Of a stretch of 64,000 bases of DNA, positions 41,201-50,208 are shown one piece after another. Position 1 is the stretch's first letter; the number at the start of each line of letters is the position of its first letter. The notes beneath the pieces are model-generated. The model did no database searches. It was not told the origin of the DNA and was given only the letters and a program-made list of their open reading frames with translations. The DNA is from an uncultured Desulfosarcina sp. (GTDB lineage Bacteria; Desulfobacterota; Desulfobacteria; Desulfobacterales; Desulfosarcinaceae). A program made the position numbers and the translations under genes. The stretch covers positions 352,001 through 416,000 of the forward strand of contig CAXXWQ010000003.1 in NCBI GenBank assembly GCA_963674945.2, given 5' to 3'.

Positions 41201-42103
41201 AAGAGACGTCGCGTCTCCATAGGCCAGCGTATTGTCGAGGTTGAGAATGCTGCTGAGGCCGGCGGGCAATTCGGAAAGGTTGATTGTCAGGCCGGTTTCG
41301 TTGGCCGCATGAAAATAGGTGACATCGTCCAGATCGTACCGGATCATGCCGTTGTGGGTGTTGCCGGCAGGATAGGTGTGCGCGTAATTCTGTGCCGTGA
41401 CCGGGCCGTTGACGGTCGTGATGTCCCCGTCCCCCCAGACGATCTCCACGGTGCTGTCGGACGGCAAAGAGAGGGTAAAATCAAGATTTGCATCCCCGGT
41501 CTGCGAAAACGGCATGTAATCGTAATTGATCTCCGGGATGCGGTACGTGACCATCAGCGTATAGCTGTCGGTTTCGGGAACGGGGGTATTGTCCACGTCG
41601 AAGCAAAGCCCCTCGCCGGTGGCAAGCGTGTTATCGCCCGTGACCGTGTAGATCCTCGTCTGCTCCGATCCCGAACTCGCCGCGACCACGGAATGGTTCA
41701 TCGGGGTCCCGCCCCTGTCTTCCAGAGAGATCTCGGCGGTGGTCGTGCAGGTACCGGAACAGTGAACCCCGAAGGACTCGATGGTCATCGGCAGGTTGGC
41801 GATGAAAAACTCGTAATTGTCGTCTGCTGCGGCCAGTTTGTCTTTGCGGTATGTATATGTGGATATGGTGACCTGGTTCGCCAGCGCATTCTTATTGGCG
41901 GCGATATCAGCCGCATGCCGGGAAAGGGTATCGGCGTTGTTTGATATTTCGCCGGCGTTGGCGTCTATTTGATCTTGCACATTTTCTCTGACACCGCTCA
42001 GGCGATCAATCTCTTCACCCGTCGCTTTGCCTGGAAATTGTCCGGCAAGGGCTGCACTGACAGGCAGCAGAAGCAAAGCGATATAAAGAATCCATCTTTT
42101 CAT
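38210..42103 (-). CDS. 1,297-aa fibre/adhesin-like protein: signal peptide, duplicated PKD-like+LRR-like unit, beta-helix, C-terminal Ig-like domain
   Basis: MKRWILYIALLLLPVSAALA; (I/V)xWGD..HTY units; YYVADGASGDGSESSPY pectin-lyase-like start. Confidence 0.75.
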   Translation of the reverse strand: MKRWILYIALLLLPVSAALAGQFPGKATGEEIDRLSGVRENVQDQIDANAGEISNNADTLSRHAADIAANKNALANQVTISTYTYRKDKLAAADDNYEFFIANLPMTIESFGVHCSGTCTTTAEISLEDRGGTPMNHSVVAASSGSEQTRIYTVTGDNTLATGEGLCFDVDNTPVPETDSYTLMVTYRIPEINYDYMPFSQTGDANLDFTLSLPSDSTVEIVWGDGDITTVNGPVTAQNYAHTYPAGNTHNGMIRYDLDDVTYFHAANETGLTINLSELPAGLSSILNLDNTLAYGDATSLSQNITSLYLRSTAATGALAALPHVVYDLDITGTQVNGAIGDLWSGLSGNFYASNTAIGGDIAGFPSTITGDVDISNTAVDTYTSGTWPMQTASGRTISFADLGLDATEVDNLLIDLNTYANAGTITNGTLDLTGNATRTTASDSAFENLSNILGWTIGEPSQEMTFAQDGAVDLTLGFTVSLPSGREIQIDWGDSTSTTVTGPVTETLYEHTYASATTFNGTITGDWNSVTYLAANNEAGLSLDAVDLPSGLTDFLGLVGVTFTGGSTLADLPRNLTGGLAINSTNIGGSVTGLPSGLISFVNLKDTSVTGAADDITISPTGVLNLEGTAIAGDIADLPASLATSIFLSGCGIDDYTGGSWPFNTGNGAILTFDNLGLDATEVDNILIDLAAHGATGGNINLTGNANRTSSSDAAYTALTTTLGWTVSVGVEAAANTYYVADGASGDGSESSPYSISQFEALTGDYGGDVFFFSGTITEDSLDVNIYGTSGNPVTLDGWSGGTCEPVVSTCSSSAYMGATLLNIGGNDHIRIQDFRWAPNYTRAIQSTNAVPVDGIEVRRCELHRSTLGSIYLPYANNAIIYYNNIDSDNSEGVGHNIEIRAGKNNRIVRNTIDGGFVGIILKAGATVGGGGITGNGSVLENNIIACNTITYPREEGASYDAVYSSTPDVTTFDRDVISAVGTNTIELAHANWDSTSRDFSGYYMVFLDGALIGETYKILTHVHDDFTFSENVSSASVGDQVVICAPAINTYFGFNTITHTWNSCPLVFGAAYRVMFEGNSAPVVGYGGMTMQSAFSGYPSDYSVTGNCSFGVPMNGLFYNNSTGNDLNAFVYNPGHCSDSYGVTLMHKIEFYGNTVSDRIYVDNVNYHAHDNTVTSGIVEGWAATNNASFGVDWPYITAVSINGSSVSVTWSQSVDTSSYSTGDLFLYYDWDIDTPINLSSPSGSGATRTFTATTAATSGQTVQINYSAKGTIVDATDGDDMIVTGFKTVTNATP

Positions 42104-42158
42104 TGCAGGCCTTTCGATTGGCAATCAATATCAGGTAAGGGGTACGCGATTTCAATCA

Positions 42159-43088
42159 TTATTGACGCGCCCCATAACCGCACAGAACCAAATCTCCATT
42201 GATGGTGGTAAAATCCGTTTGCGGCGACACTATGATTTCAAATGATCGCCCGGTCACCTGGATTTTCTTCGATACCGAACAGCCGGCGGCGCCGCCGCCA
42301 TCAGAATCGATTCTATCCGTTACGCGTGCGATAATTCTCGATGTCTGGTTGGCGACCGAAAATTCGTCACCGCCGATGTTCCGGGCATAAAGGCTCAAAT
42401 CCGCTGTGGCGCCGGCAGTTCCTCCGGTAGTAATGTAGCAGAGCATATTGATTGTGATTTCCACCCAGGCAGCATTTTCCGGTATCGCATCCAAAGCGCT
42501 CCAGACAAACGAGCTTTGATAAAGAGTTTCAAATCCGACACCGGTAAGGGCACTGTCCAGCGCAACGAGCGGCGGGCTGCTCTCGAAGGTCATATGTATC
42601 CAGACCGTAGCGCTAAACGAGATTCTTTCCACCGTAACATTGCCGGCGCCGTAAACGGTTTCCAGCTCGGCCTGGATCGTCGCGGCGGTTGCATCGAAGG
42701 CGATCGGACTGGTGTTCGTCGAACCATCTCCGAGTGTGAACGTCCCGCCGGTGATGTCGATCATGGCAAGGGTCCAGCGCTCCTTCGTTCCCGTCGGCCC
42801 GACGATCGTCCATCCGGCGCTTTCGATATCGTCAAATTCGAACTGCTCATCGTCGATGTTGGGAGATCCGGATGCATTGGTGACAAACACACCGAACTCG
42901 TCGATGGAGGCCTCCGTCCACTTGAGCCATCGATCGATCAGACGAAACGCCCAATTAAAATATTGAAACGGCGGTTTTTCATTCGATACCCAGCCTGCCA
43001 GTTTTTTCGCCCCGGAAGGTTCCGCGAATTTATCGCCATCATCGTCGGTTATCCAGTCCAGGTGGCCTGTCGTCGGTTTGGTCGCCAA
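42159..43088 (-). CDS. Tail fibre protein
   Basis: N-terminal EPS..KKLAGW...EKPPFQYFNW baseplate-attachment motif; located after the baseplate genes. Confidence 0.75.
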   Translation of the reverse strand: MATKPTTGHLDWITDDDGDKFAEPSGAKKLAGWVSNEKPPFQYFNWAFRLIDRWLKWTEASIDEFGVFVTNASGSPNIDDEQFEFDDIESAGWTIVGPTGTKERWTLAMIDITGGTFTLGDGSTNTSPIAFDATAATIQAELETVYGAGNVTVERISFSATVWIHMTFESSPPLVALDSALTGVGFETLYQSSFVWSALDAIPENAAWVEITINMLCYITTGGTAGATADLSLYARNIGGDEFSVANQTSRIIARVTDRIDSDGGGAAGCSVSKKIQVTGRSFEIIVSPQTDFTTINGDLVLCGYGARQ

Positions 43089-43100
43089 AACGCTCTCCTT

Positions 43101-43787
43101 TTACTCCTTCACGATGTAATACTCGCCATTGGGCAAGATGTAGTAGTCGCCGCCGGCCTCCACATAAGCGGTACCCGACGGCCCGGCGTGAGACAATTCG
43201 GCCCCCTGGATATAGGCAAGCTGTCCACCGGCATCGGGATCATCAACATCCCCGAATCCGCCCACCGTGTCGTCATCCGGATCGAAACCGAAATCATTGG
43301 ATGCCGTATAGATGATCGCCGGAAAATCGATTTCCACGCCGCCGGCCGGCACTTTTCTCATCATGGTGAAAATGAATTGGATCAGGTCCTCGTCCAGAGG
43401 TACGTCGCAGTAAAGATCGACCTGGCCGGGATATACCTCCAAAACATGGATATTGTCCGCCTGCGACAATATCTTCCAGACGCCGATGATCTCCTCGATG
43501 GTGCCGCGGCTGACGAGCTGTGCGCACCGGGCCGTTAAAAGAACGCGGTAGACAGCATCCTCCCACCCGGCCCGCTCGGTACCGACAATCCGGCCGATGC
43601 CGTTTAGCTGTTCTCCCGCAGAGCCCTCGATATCCAGCCGGCCGTACATGGATGAGACAACATCCTCGATTTCCTGCACCGGGGACAGCAATGCATCGAT
43701 CAGAGCGGAAAGATTCGGCCGGTCCTTATACTGCATCAGCAGCCTGGACCGGGCATCGGCAACATGGGTGTCGATGGGGAGGATCAT
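43101..43787 (-). CDS. Baseplate protein (DUF2612-like)
   Basis: LLMQYKDRPNL, G.QL..IGRIVG..R, D..YR; follows baseplate J. Confidence 0.8.
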   Translation of the reverse strand: MILPIDTHVADARSRLLMQYKDRPNLSALIDALLSPVQEIEDVVSSMYGRLDIEGSAGEQLNGIGRIVGTERAGWEDAVYRVLLTARCAQLVSRGTIEEIIGVWKILSQADNIHVLEVYPGQVDLYCDVPLDEDLIQFIFTMMRKVPAGGVEIDFPAIIYTASNDFGFDPDDDTVGGFGDVDDPDAGGQLAYIQGAELSHAGPSGTAYVEAGGDYYILPNGEYYIVKE

Positions 43788-44992
43788 GATGTCGCCACCG
43801 TTATGTTCTCAGCCGACCAGAGCGACATTTCCACGGTCCCTCCGGAGCCGTCATCGATGTCGATGTTATCGTCGCCCGTCGGGCTTTCCGTTCTTCCGAT
43901 TCTCACCGTCACATCGACAATCCCGCCAACGCCGGCAAGCTGGGCCACCAGTGCGGGATAAACGACGATATCGACACCGGCGCCGAGGCTGTTTCCCCAT
44001 TTTACGACCAGCTCCTTGACCAGATCGTCCCCGTTGCCCGGATAGTCGCCGGTTGTGGATAGATCCAGCTCCAGGTAAACCGGCACCGATACCGGCCTGG
44101 AAAACCGGCAGGTGCGTTTCTGGCCGTCACTGGAAACGACCTCGACGGCAACATCGCCGTGGGGTTTTATCCCGGCCGGTTTGGACGTCAGCATGATCGC
44201 ATCGGCGATCTCCTGGTCCCGGTCCGTAACGCCTCCGGCCTGGTACACCACGACGGCGATCGATTTGCCGGGGATGCCCCGGGAATCGGTCTCCAGTTCA
44301 AAGTTTTCGAAAACGCTGCAGTGCGTGATCGTCGCCCTGGTCGTGTCCTCGTTCAGGGCCAGGATGGCTTTTCGTATGGCCTCCGTCGGCCCCGCATTGG
44401 AAATGACCAGGTTGGTGCTGCGCCGGATCCGCGCCTCGGCATCGGTTTCCCGGTTGCGCCCTTCGATGGCCGCGGTCGGGTTGGTGACAGAGTTCAGCCC
44501 GGATATGGGTGTCACGATATTGGTAAGGGCGCCGGCGGCAACGGATATGGGGCCGGTCTGCTGGGCGATGCAGTCGACGGCGGCCGCAGTGCCGCTGATC
44601 GTTACGGCCGACTCGGTGGCAAATACTACATCGGCGGCGCCTTCCACGGAAAACAGGGTCCCGGACGGCACCACGGTCCCGTCCGTGCCGGTGAGCGTCA
44701 CACCGTTGCAGCGGCTGTAGGATGCGGCAAGGCGCTTTACCGCGGTGATCGCCAATACATGATCCAGGCTGGCGCCGCCGGACGTGTCCGGGTATTGAGC
44801 GTTGTAAAGGTCCTCGAGCGCTTCCCACAACAGCGCCTCGCGTTCGGCGAAAATACTCTTTAACTGGCCGAACACGGAAGACTCCGTGGTGTTGATATGC
44901 ACGCCGAAGGCGGCGCGCAGTGCCGCCTCGATCTCGTTTTCGCACTCGACCAGGGTCTTTCCGACAAATCCGCTTTCGGTCATTCCGCTCAT
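43784..44992 (-). CDS. Baseplate J / gp47-like wedge protein
   Basis: GTDGTVVPSGT, G..SVTNPTAA..GR.RETDAE.R.R. Confidence 0.9.
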   Translation of the reverse strand: MSGMTESGFVGKTLVECENEIEAALRAAFGVHINTTESSVFGQLKSIFAEREALLWEALEDLYNAQYPDTSGGASLDHVLAITAVKRLAASYSRCNGVTLTGTDGTVVPSGTLFSVEGAADVVFATESAVTISGTAAAVDCIAQQTGPISVAAGALTNIVTPISGLNSVTNPTAAIEGRNRETDAEARIRRSTNLVISNAGPTEAIRKAILALNEDTTRATITHCSVFENFELETDSRGIPGKSIAVVVYQAGGVTDRDQEIADAIMLTSKPAGIKPHGDVAVEVVSSDGQKRTCRFSRPVSVPVYLELDLSTTGDYPGNGDDLVKELVVKWGNSLGAGVDIVVYPALVAQLAGVGGIVDVTVRIGRTESPTGDDNIDIDDGSGGTVEMSLWSAENITVATS

Positions 44993-45348
44993 GGCAACAC
45001 CTCGTCGAAAGAAATCTGCTCTCCGGACTCTGACGTGGCGGTAAATGTCAGCTTCAACCGTCGCGTCCGCCGTTCGACGGAAAGATCAAAAAAGGTCAGC
45101 TCGACGATCCCGGGCGTATTGATGATCGCACTTTTAAAAACACCGTCCAAAACCACAGGGTCCGGGTTTTTCACCAGCACGTGCTGCAGGTACGGCACCC
45201 CCTTTCGCTGGTCTCGGAACCACTCCCCCAGCCATGTTTTCAATCGTTGGGCAAGATGCTGGACGATGGCGCTTTCGCCGGTCACAACGGCCAGGTCGCG
45301 ATCGGCGATCACCAGGTCCCAGGTATCCTTGTCCAGTGCCAGATCCAC
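44989..45348 (-). CDS. Baseplate wedge / sheath initiator (gp25-like)
   Basis: QRLKTWLGEWFRD...GVPY...TPG. Confidence 0.8.
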   Translation of the reverse strand: MDLALDKDTWDLVIADRDLAVVTGESAIVQHLAQRLKTWLGEWFRDQRKGVPYLQHVLVKNPDPVVLDGVFKSAIINTPGIVELTFFDLSVERRTRRLKLTFTATSESGEQISFDEVLP

Positions 45349-45578
45349 TATTCGAGATCTCCTTTTCCGGTCAAACCACCGCCCTGGCTATCCAGAAAGG
45401 TTCCGGGAACGGCATGGCCGTTTGTCTTGATGTGGTTTACGATCGCCGTGCAGATCACCTGCCACTGCTGGGTCATGACGGCCTGCTCCGATCCGTCCAA
45501 TTGTCCGCCGGGCGCCGTTGCGGCCAGTGCGGCCGCCACTTCCGATCCCATTTGATTGCCGTTTAGGGCCATGATCAA
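45348..45578 (-). CDS. Small baseplate-region protein
   Basis: MALNG...WQVIC.AIV.HI..N; translationally coupled to its neighbours. Confidence 0.65.
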   Translation of the reverse strand: MIMALNGNQMGSEVAAALAATAPGGQLDGSEQAVMTQQWQVICTAIVNHIKTNGHAVPGTFLDSQGGGLTGKGDLE

Positions 45579-46225
45579 ACTCTCTTTATGGTTGCCAGCC
45601 TTGCCCGGTCGGCTTCAAGGTCCGTGATGGTCGTATGGTAAAACGGCATCGCCCCCATGGCCGTTGCCACACGCGCGTTGATCAAGTGCTCTAAGATGCC
45701 GTCCACGATAGTCAAAAACTCCTCGCTGGCCCCGGATATGGAGATCTTCCCGGAAGGGTCCATCTCGATACGCATCTGCCCGTTTTGCAGCACGGCGTTC
45801 GATGCGCTGGTACCGGAAAGCGGGCTGCCGAACGGCCGCAGACCGGGGATGAAGATCGCGTCCTTTAATGCATGGATTCTCACGTCATCCGGGCTGACGA
45901 TCTGCCCGGTACCGGATAGCCAGTTGTCCAGGCTGCGGTCCGCAAAGACCAGCATCCCCGGATCGCCGGCAGCCAACGGCAGGTGAAGATACGCCGTACC
46001 GCCGGCGGCAGACGGCCACTGCACCGGCACATTGGTGATGACGGGCAGTTGGGCCGCACCGATTTCGACATACTGTTTTTTCAAAAGCGGTTTCACATCG
46101 GCGCGCTGCTCGTCTTCGTCGTACTTCTCGATACGGCCGGGCAGGCACACGCGAAGATCCATCATCTGCCGGCGAATGGCGTTTTTCAGCCCCTTTGCAA
46201 ACGATTTGGCCGCCTTTTGTGTCAT
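45575..46225 (-). CDS. Baseplate spike (Gp138-like, OB-fold)
   Basis: CLPGRIEKYD, NVPVQWP, GD.GMLVFADRSLDNW, H.L.DAIFIPG. Confidence 0.85.
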   Translation of the reverse strand: MTQKAAKSFAKGLKNAIRRQMMDLRVCLPGRIEKYDEDEQRADVKPLLKKQYVEIGAAQLPVITNVPVQWPSAAGGTAYLHLPLAAGDPGMLVFADRSLDNWLSGTGQIVSPDDVRIHALKDAIFIPGLRPFGSPLSGTSASNAVLQNGQMRIEMDPSGKISISGASEEFLTIVDGILEHLINARVATAMGAMPFYHTTITDLEADRARLATIKRV

Positions 46226-47064
46226 ATCGCCACCGCCGTCCCGTTGGCGTTCCAAGCCTGCCCGTGGGTGTCCCCGGAAAAGTTCACGCTTTCCACTTTG
46301 TAAAACCCGTTCACCGTCTTGTTTTGCTCACACCGAATCCGCACCAGACGGCCCGGGGCGATCTTAGGAACGATAAGGCACTGAAACTCCACCCCGGTCT
46401 TTTCGTATTTCGTGTCGCGCAGCACCGGAACGTCAACCAGGCCCGTTTCGGGTGTGAGAAGAATCGCATCGTCGGCAAGCGCCTGGTCCTTTGGATTGAC
46501 CTGGAGCGTGTTATTCTGGATCGACCACTCCAGCCCCTGGTTTTCCGTCAGCCGGTCGAGCTCGTCCTTGCTCGCACCGGATACCACGTCCCCGCGCCGG
46601 GCGATTTTCGACTCGATGCCGAGAAGAGAGCCCAGCGCCACCTTGCCTTCGTCCACCAGTGTTTTGGCCACATCCCGGATGATCGTCTTGTAATCCGTTC
46701 CGGCCGCATAGCTTTTGTCCACGCTTACCCGGCGGATGGCGTTGAGGCCGTCGCCGCACTCTGCCGTGGTCACCCAGTCCGGGCCCTGTCTGGAAATGTA
46801 GGCCCGCGAGATGTCGCCCACGTACAAAATGCTCAAGTCTCCGCCATAGCCCACCTCGAGCATCACGAACGGATCTGTTGCGCGAACCAGGGCCCGGGAG
46901 GATTCCGCCAGGTTGTAAATGCTGATCTTGGCCGTATTGGGAAAGCTTTCCGAGGTCTTTTCCACCTGGAAGATCGTTCGAAGGCCGATGAATTTCTTCG
47001 CATCGCCCGTCTTCCGGCTGCCGATGGTTACCGCGACGCTTCGATCAAACAGCACCCGGCTCAT
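46222..47064 (-). CDS. Baseplate hub protein
   Basis: F.VEKT...PNTAKISIYNL, WSIQN, LTPETGL, GDTHGQ.W. Confidence 0.8.
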   Translation of the reverse strand: MSRVLFDRSVAVTIGSRKTGDAKKFIGLRTIFQVEKTSESFPNTAKISIYNLAESSRALVRATDPFVMLEVGYGGDLSILYVGDISRAYISRQGPDWVTTAECGDGLNAIRRVSVDKSYAAGTDYKTIIRDVAKTLVDEGKVALGSLLGIESKIARRGDVVSGASKDELDRLTENQGLEWSIQNNTLQVNPKDQALADDAILLTPETGLVDVPVLRDTKYEKTGVEFQCLIVPKIAPGRLVRIRCEQNKTVNGFYKVESVNFSGDTHGQAWNANGTAVAI

Positions 47065-47387
47065 GCGGCCTCCTGGTACACGATGCCGACGTCGCGCCCG
47101 AAGTTGTCCCGGTCCGCTTCCGTGTATTGTTCGGAGAAGTTAACAACAAACAGCCGGCCGGCGGGAAACCGCGCGTCCGAATAGGGGGCCAGAAGATCCA
47201 CTCCCAGCCGGACGGCGATGCCGGCCGCCAGGATTTGCTCATCGGCGGACCGGATGGTCATCATCCATGCTTCGGCCCGGGTGTTGTACAAAAACGAAAA
47301 TCCGTACACCGCGCCGTCCAGCGCGATGGTGAACCGCTGTTTGGGAACGTCCGCCGATATGGGGAGTGCGACGATGGCCATGATCAA
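47061..47387 (-). CDS. Baseplate plug-like protein
   Basis: Q.F.IALDG..Y...F.YN.R...W; position in the tail operon. Confidence 0.7.
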   Translation of the reverse strand: MIMAIVALPISADVPKQRFTIALDGAVYGFSFLYNTRAEAWMMTIRSADEQILAAGIAVRLGVDLLAPYSDARFPAGRLFVVNFSEQYTEADRDNFGRDVGIVYQEAA

Positions 47388-48106
47388 TCCAACAAAGATG
47401 GAAACACCTTTCTGGTTAACTTATAGGCCCAGCTTTCCGCGACCTTGCTTTTGGCATCGTCCAGTGCCTTGGGCAGCATACGGCCGCTGTCCTTTACATC
47501 CGCGCCCATGTCCCGCGTATCCTCGCTGAGGGCCTCGGCCGGCACGGCCACGGTCTGGCTGGTCACGATCTTCGCCTCTTTGAAGGCCGCCGAGAAAACG
47601 AGCGAACCTGCGGTGTTTGCCGTGCGCACGGGAGAAAACCGCTCCATCACCATGTTGGTGTAGGTGTCCAGCCCGGTGATGATCGTAAGAAGGAGCTTTT
47701 TCTCCCGGATCTCCTTGAACACGTCCAGCGCCGCCTTTGCCGGCTGTGCGGATTGGCTCACCAGCTTGTTGCCGACGAGCACGCCCGCGGCCGTGGCAAC
47801 GGTCTTGGCAGGACCGGACAGGGCCCCGCCGATCACGCCGGCCACATTGCCCACCATGGCAGTCGAAAGGTTGATCGGATGATTGCTGACGATGCCTTCC
47901 AGCGTCAGCCGTGACGGCTTGAGGATGATATGGTCGGAGACCACGGCCCCGTCCTCGATGGGAAATTCCGTCACCTGGGACGCCATCTCGGGCCGTTCCG
48001 ACGGCGTGCAGTCGAGCTGCAGCAACACGCGTTCGGCAGTGCCGGAATTGTACTGCAAGGTCACCCGGCGGGGAAAAAACGTGTTGGTTATGCTCTCGAA
48101 CGCCAT
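47384..48106 (-). CDS. Tail tube initiator / Dit-like baseplate protein
   Basis: VTEFPIEDGA.VSDH...P..L.LEG; Y.NM. Confidence 0.8.
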   Translation of the reverse strand: MAFESITNTFFPRRVTLQYNSGTAERVLLQLDCTPSERPEMASQVTEFPIEDGAVVSDHIILKPSRLTLEGIVSNHPINLSTAMVGNVAGVIGGALSGPAKTVATAAGVLVGNKLVSQSAQPAKAALDVFKEIREKKLLLTIITGLDTYTNMVMERFSPVRTANTAGSLVFSAAFKEAKIVTSQTVAVPAEALSEDTRDMGADVKDSGRMLPKALDDAKSKVAESWAYKLTRKVFPSLLD

Positions 48107-48109
48107 GGG

Positions 48110-49597
48110 CTACTCCTGCTCGGTCGGTTCCAGAAAGTTGAACGTGTCGCTCATGATCCGGCGAAACTCGTCGGAAACACCGTGCAGTACTGCCTGGCTT
48201 ACCGCCGATGGGGGTTTTCCTTCCGGGACGATGACGGTGATCGGTGCGTCTACGCGAATACTTTGCCGTTTGCTGATGTTGCGCGTGGATGACGGCGCAT
48301 TGCCCGGGCCAAGACTCATCATGGAAAAAACGCCCTGGATGGCGTCGCCGGCCCATTTCGTGCCGGTCTCGAGCCAGCCGCCAAGCCGCCTGGTCCCCGA
48401 GCTGATGACTCCTTCCAACGGCCGGATTTTGCTTTTCAGCCACTCGATCTTTTCTCCGATAAAAAGCGCGATGCTCTCAAAGATCTCGAGCAGGGCGTCT
48501 TTTAACGCCCTGGCCGTTTGCTTGATTTTTTCAAACGCGTTTTCGAACTTTTCAACCAGCACACCGGTGACCGATTTGCCATCTTTCCCGAAACGGAAGA
48601 GATCTTCCCAAAACAAAAAATTCGTTGCGGCCGCAATGGCAAGAAGAGACGCTATCGCCAACGGAACGCCGGCAATCTTTACATTGGCGATCAGTCCCGC
48701 CGTGCCCAATGCGTTCATGGCTTTGGTCAGTGTCTGTATCCCCATCACCACGTTGCCGATGGCGGAAGCACTGTAAGCCCCGAGAAAAATACCGGCTGCG
48801 ATCCCTGCCATCCGCAGGGCCCGGGCCAGGTTGTCCAGGTTGAACACCGCCTCCTTGTTCTCTTTCATCCACCCCCGAAACCGCTCCATCCATCCAGTGA
48901 AAACAGGAAGCAATTCGACGCCGATGGCGTTTTTTACACCCACCATCACCAGTTTGGTCCGAAGCAATTCGTCGTTGAACTTCTCGGCGCTTCTCGCATC
49001 CGCATCGCTGATCACATACCCGAGCGACCGGGCCTCGGCCCGCATGTTGCGTAGCGCTTGGCCGCCGTCTCTCAGCATGTTCACCATGCCCACGCCCTCG
49101 GTGTCGAACAGCTTGAAGGCAAGGGCCACCCGCCGGCTCGGGTCCTCCACCCGCGCCATGCCGTCGGCGATGTCGGCCAAAAGGTCCTCGCTCGATTTCA
49201 TGCGGCCGTTTGAATCGGAGACGATCACGCCAAGCTCTTTTAAAGCGTCCTTTGCCTCGCCGGTACCCCGGGCCGCCTCGGCCGCCCGGCGCGTCATGCG
49301 CTGCAGGGCCGTGTCGAACTGGTTTTGCGCCACACCGGCGATCTCGGCCGCGTAGCGCATCTCCTGCAGGGCCTCGATGCCCACCCCGAGCTTGTCCGCT
49401 GTTTTTGCCGCCTGGTCGCCCACGTTCGCCACATTTTTGGCCATACCCAAAAGGATCCCGGAGGCCGCCGTCGCCACCGCCCCCACGCCGAGGATCAGGC
49501 GCTTTGTCTGTTTCAGCCCCTTGTCCAGGGCCTTCAGGTCCTGGTCCTTTACGTCGAACCCGATGCTGACGAACAGATCCCTGAGTTTAAAGGCCAT
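48110..49597 (-). CDS. Tape measure protein
   Basis: LRDLFVSIGFDV N-terminus; Ala-rich helical protein with a TM segment; follows the chaperones. Confidence 0.85.
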   Translation of the reverse strand: MAFKLRDLFVSIGFDVKDQDLKALDKGLKQTKRLILGVGAVATAASGILLGMAKNVANVGDQAAKTADKLGVGIEALQEMRYAAEIAGVAQNQFDTALQRMTRRAAEAARGTGEAKDALKELGVIVSDSNGRMKSSEDLLADIADGMARVEDPSRRVALAFKLFDTEGVGMVNMLRDGGQALRNMRAEARSLGYVISDADARSAEKFNDELLRTKLVMVGVKNAIGVELLPVFTGWMERFRGWMKENKEAVFNLDNLARALRMAGIAAGIFLGAYSASAIGNVVMGIQTLTKAMNALGTAGLIANVKIAGVPLAIASLLAIAAATNFLFWEDLFRFGKDGKSVTGVLVEKFENAFEKIKQTARALKDALLEIFESIALFIGEKIEWLKSKIRPLEGVISSGTRRLGGWLETGTKWAGDAIQGVFSMMSLGPGNAPSSTRNISKRQSIRVDAPITVIVPEGKPPSAVSQAVLHGVSDEFRRIMSDTFNFLEPTEQE

Positions 49598-49600
49598 GAT

Positions 49601-49834
49601 CTACTTTCCTTTGGGATTTTCCGCGGCCCATTGCTGGGCCTCCTGATGAACGTCGAGCGCCTCGTGCGCGTCGAAAAGGTCGCAAAGCGACCAGCGGGTT
49701 TCGATTTCCGTCAAGGTGGCGATCCTTGCCACTACCGGCCGCCAGAGGTACCACGCGACGTTTCCCGGCCCGGGGTCATACCCTTTAATTTGGCGGCCAG
49801 ACCGCCGGCGACGCCGGACCACGCGTCGAAAAAA
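49601..49834 (-). CDS. Frameshift extension of the tail assembly chaperone (gpGT-like)
   Basis: Lies in the -1 frame relative to 49732-50208 and begins at slippery site T-TTT-TTC (49834-49828). Confidence 0.7.
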   Translation of the reverse strand, partial: FFRRVVRRRRRSGRQIKGYDPGPGNVAWYLWRPVVARIATLTEIETRWSLCDLFDAHEALDVHQEAQQWAAENPKGK

Positions 49835-50208
49835 TCCGAGTACTCCGCTTTCAAAGCCGCTGCGACCACCTTGAACAGATGCGGCAACCTACCCCCGAAC
49901 AGCACGTCGAACTGCCTGGACACCTCGCCGTGGCCTTTGCAGATGGCCTGGGAGAGAAGATCGTCGATGATCGACTCCACCACGTCCTCGTCCAGCCGGT
50001 CGCAAAGGGCGCCCATCACCCGGGAAAGGTCCAGGTCCTTGTCCAGGATGCTCTCCGTGTCGCCTGCCGTTCCGGACACCGCAGCCCCGGCCGGTGCGCC
50101 CAATACCTTGAAGATGCGGACCAGAAGACGCATGGACTGTTTCGGCGGCATCTGGTGAAACGAGTACTCGAGGCCGTCAATGGTCTTTACGATCGTCTCC
50201 CTGGCCAT
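49732..50208 (-). CDS. Tail assembly chaperone
   Basis: Between tube and tape measure genes; ends ...EYSDFF... Confidence 0.8.
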   Translation of the reverse strand: MARETIVKTIDGLEYSFHQMPPKQSMRLLVRIFKVLGAPAGAAVSGTAGDTESILDKDLDLSRVMGALCDRLDEDVVESIIDDLLSQAICKGHGEVSRQFDVLFGGRLPHLFKVVAAALKAEYSDFFDAWSGVAGGLAAKLKGMTPGRETSRGTSGGR

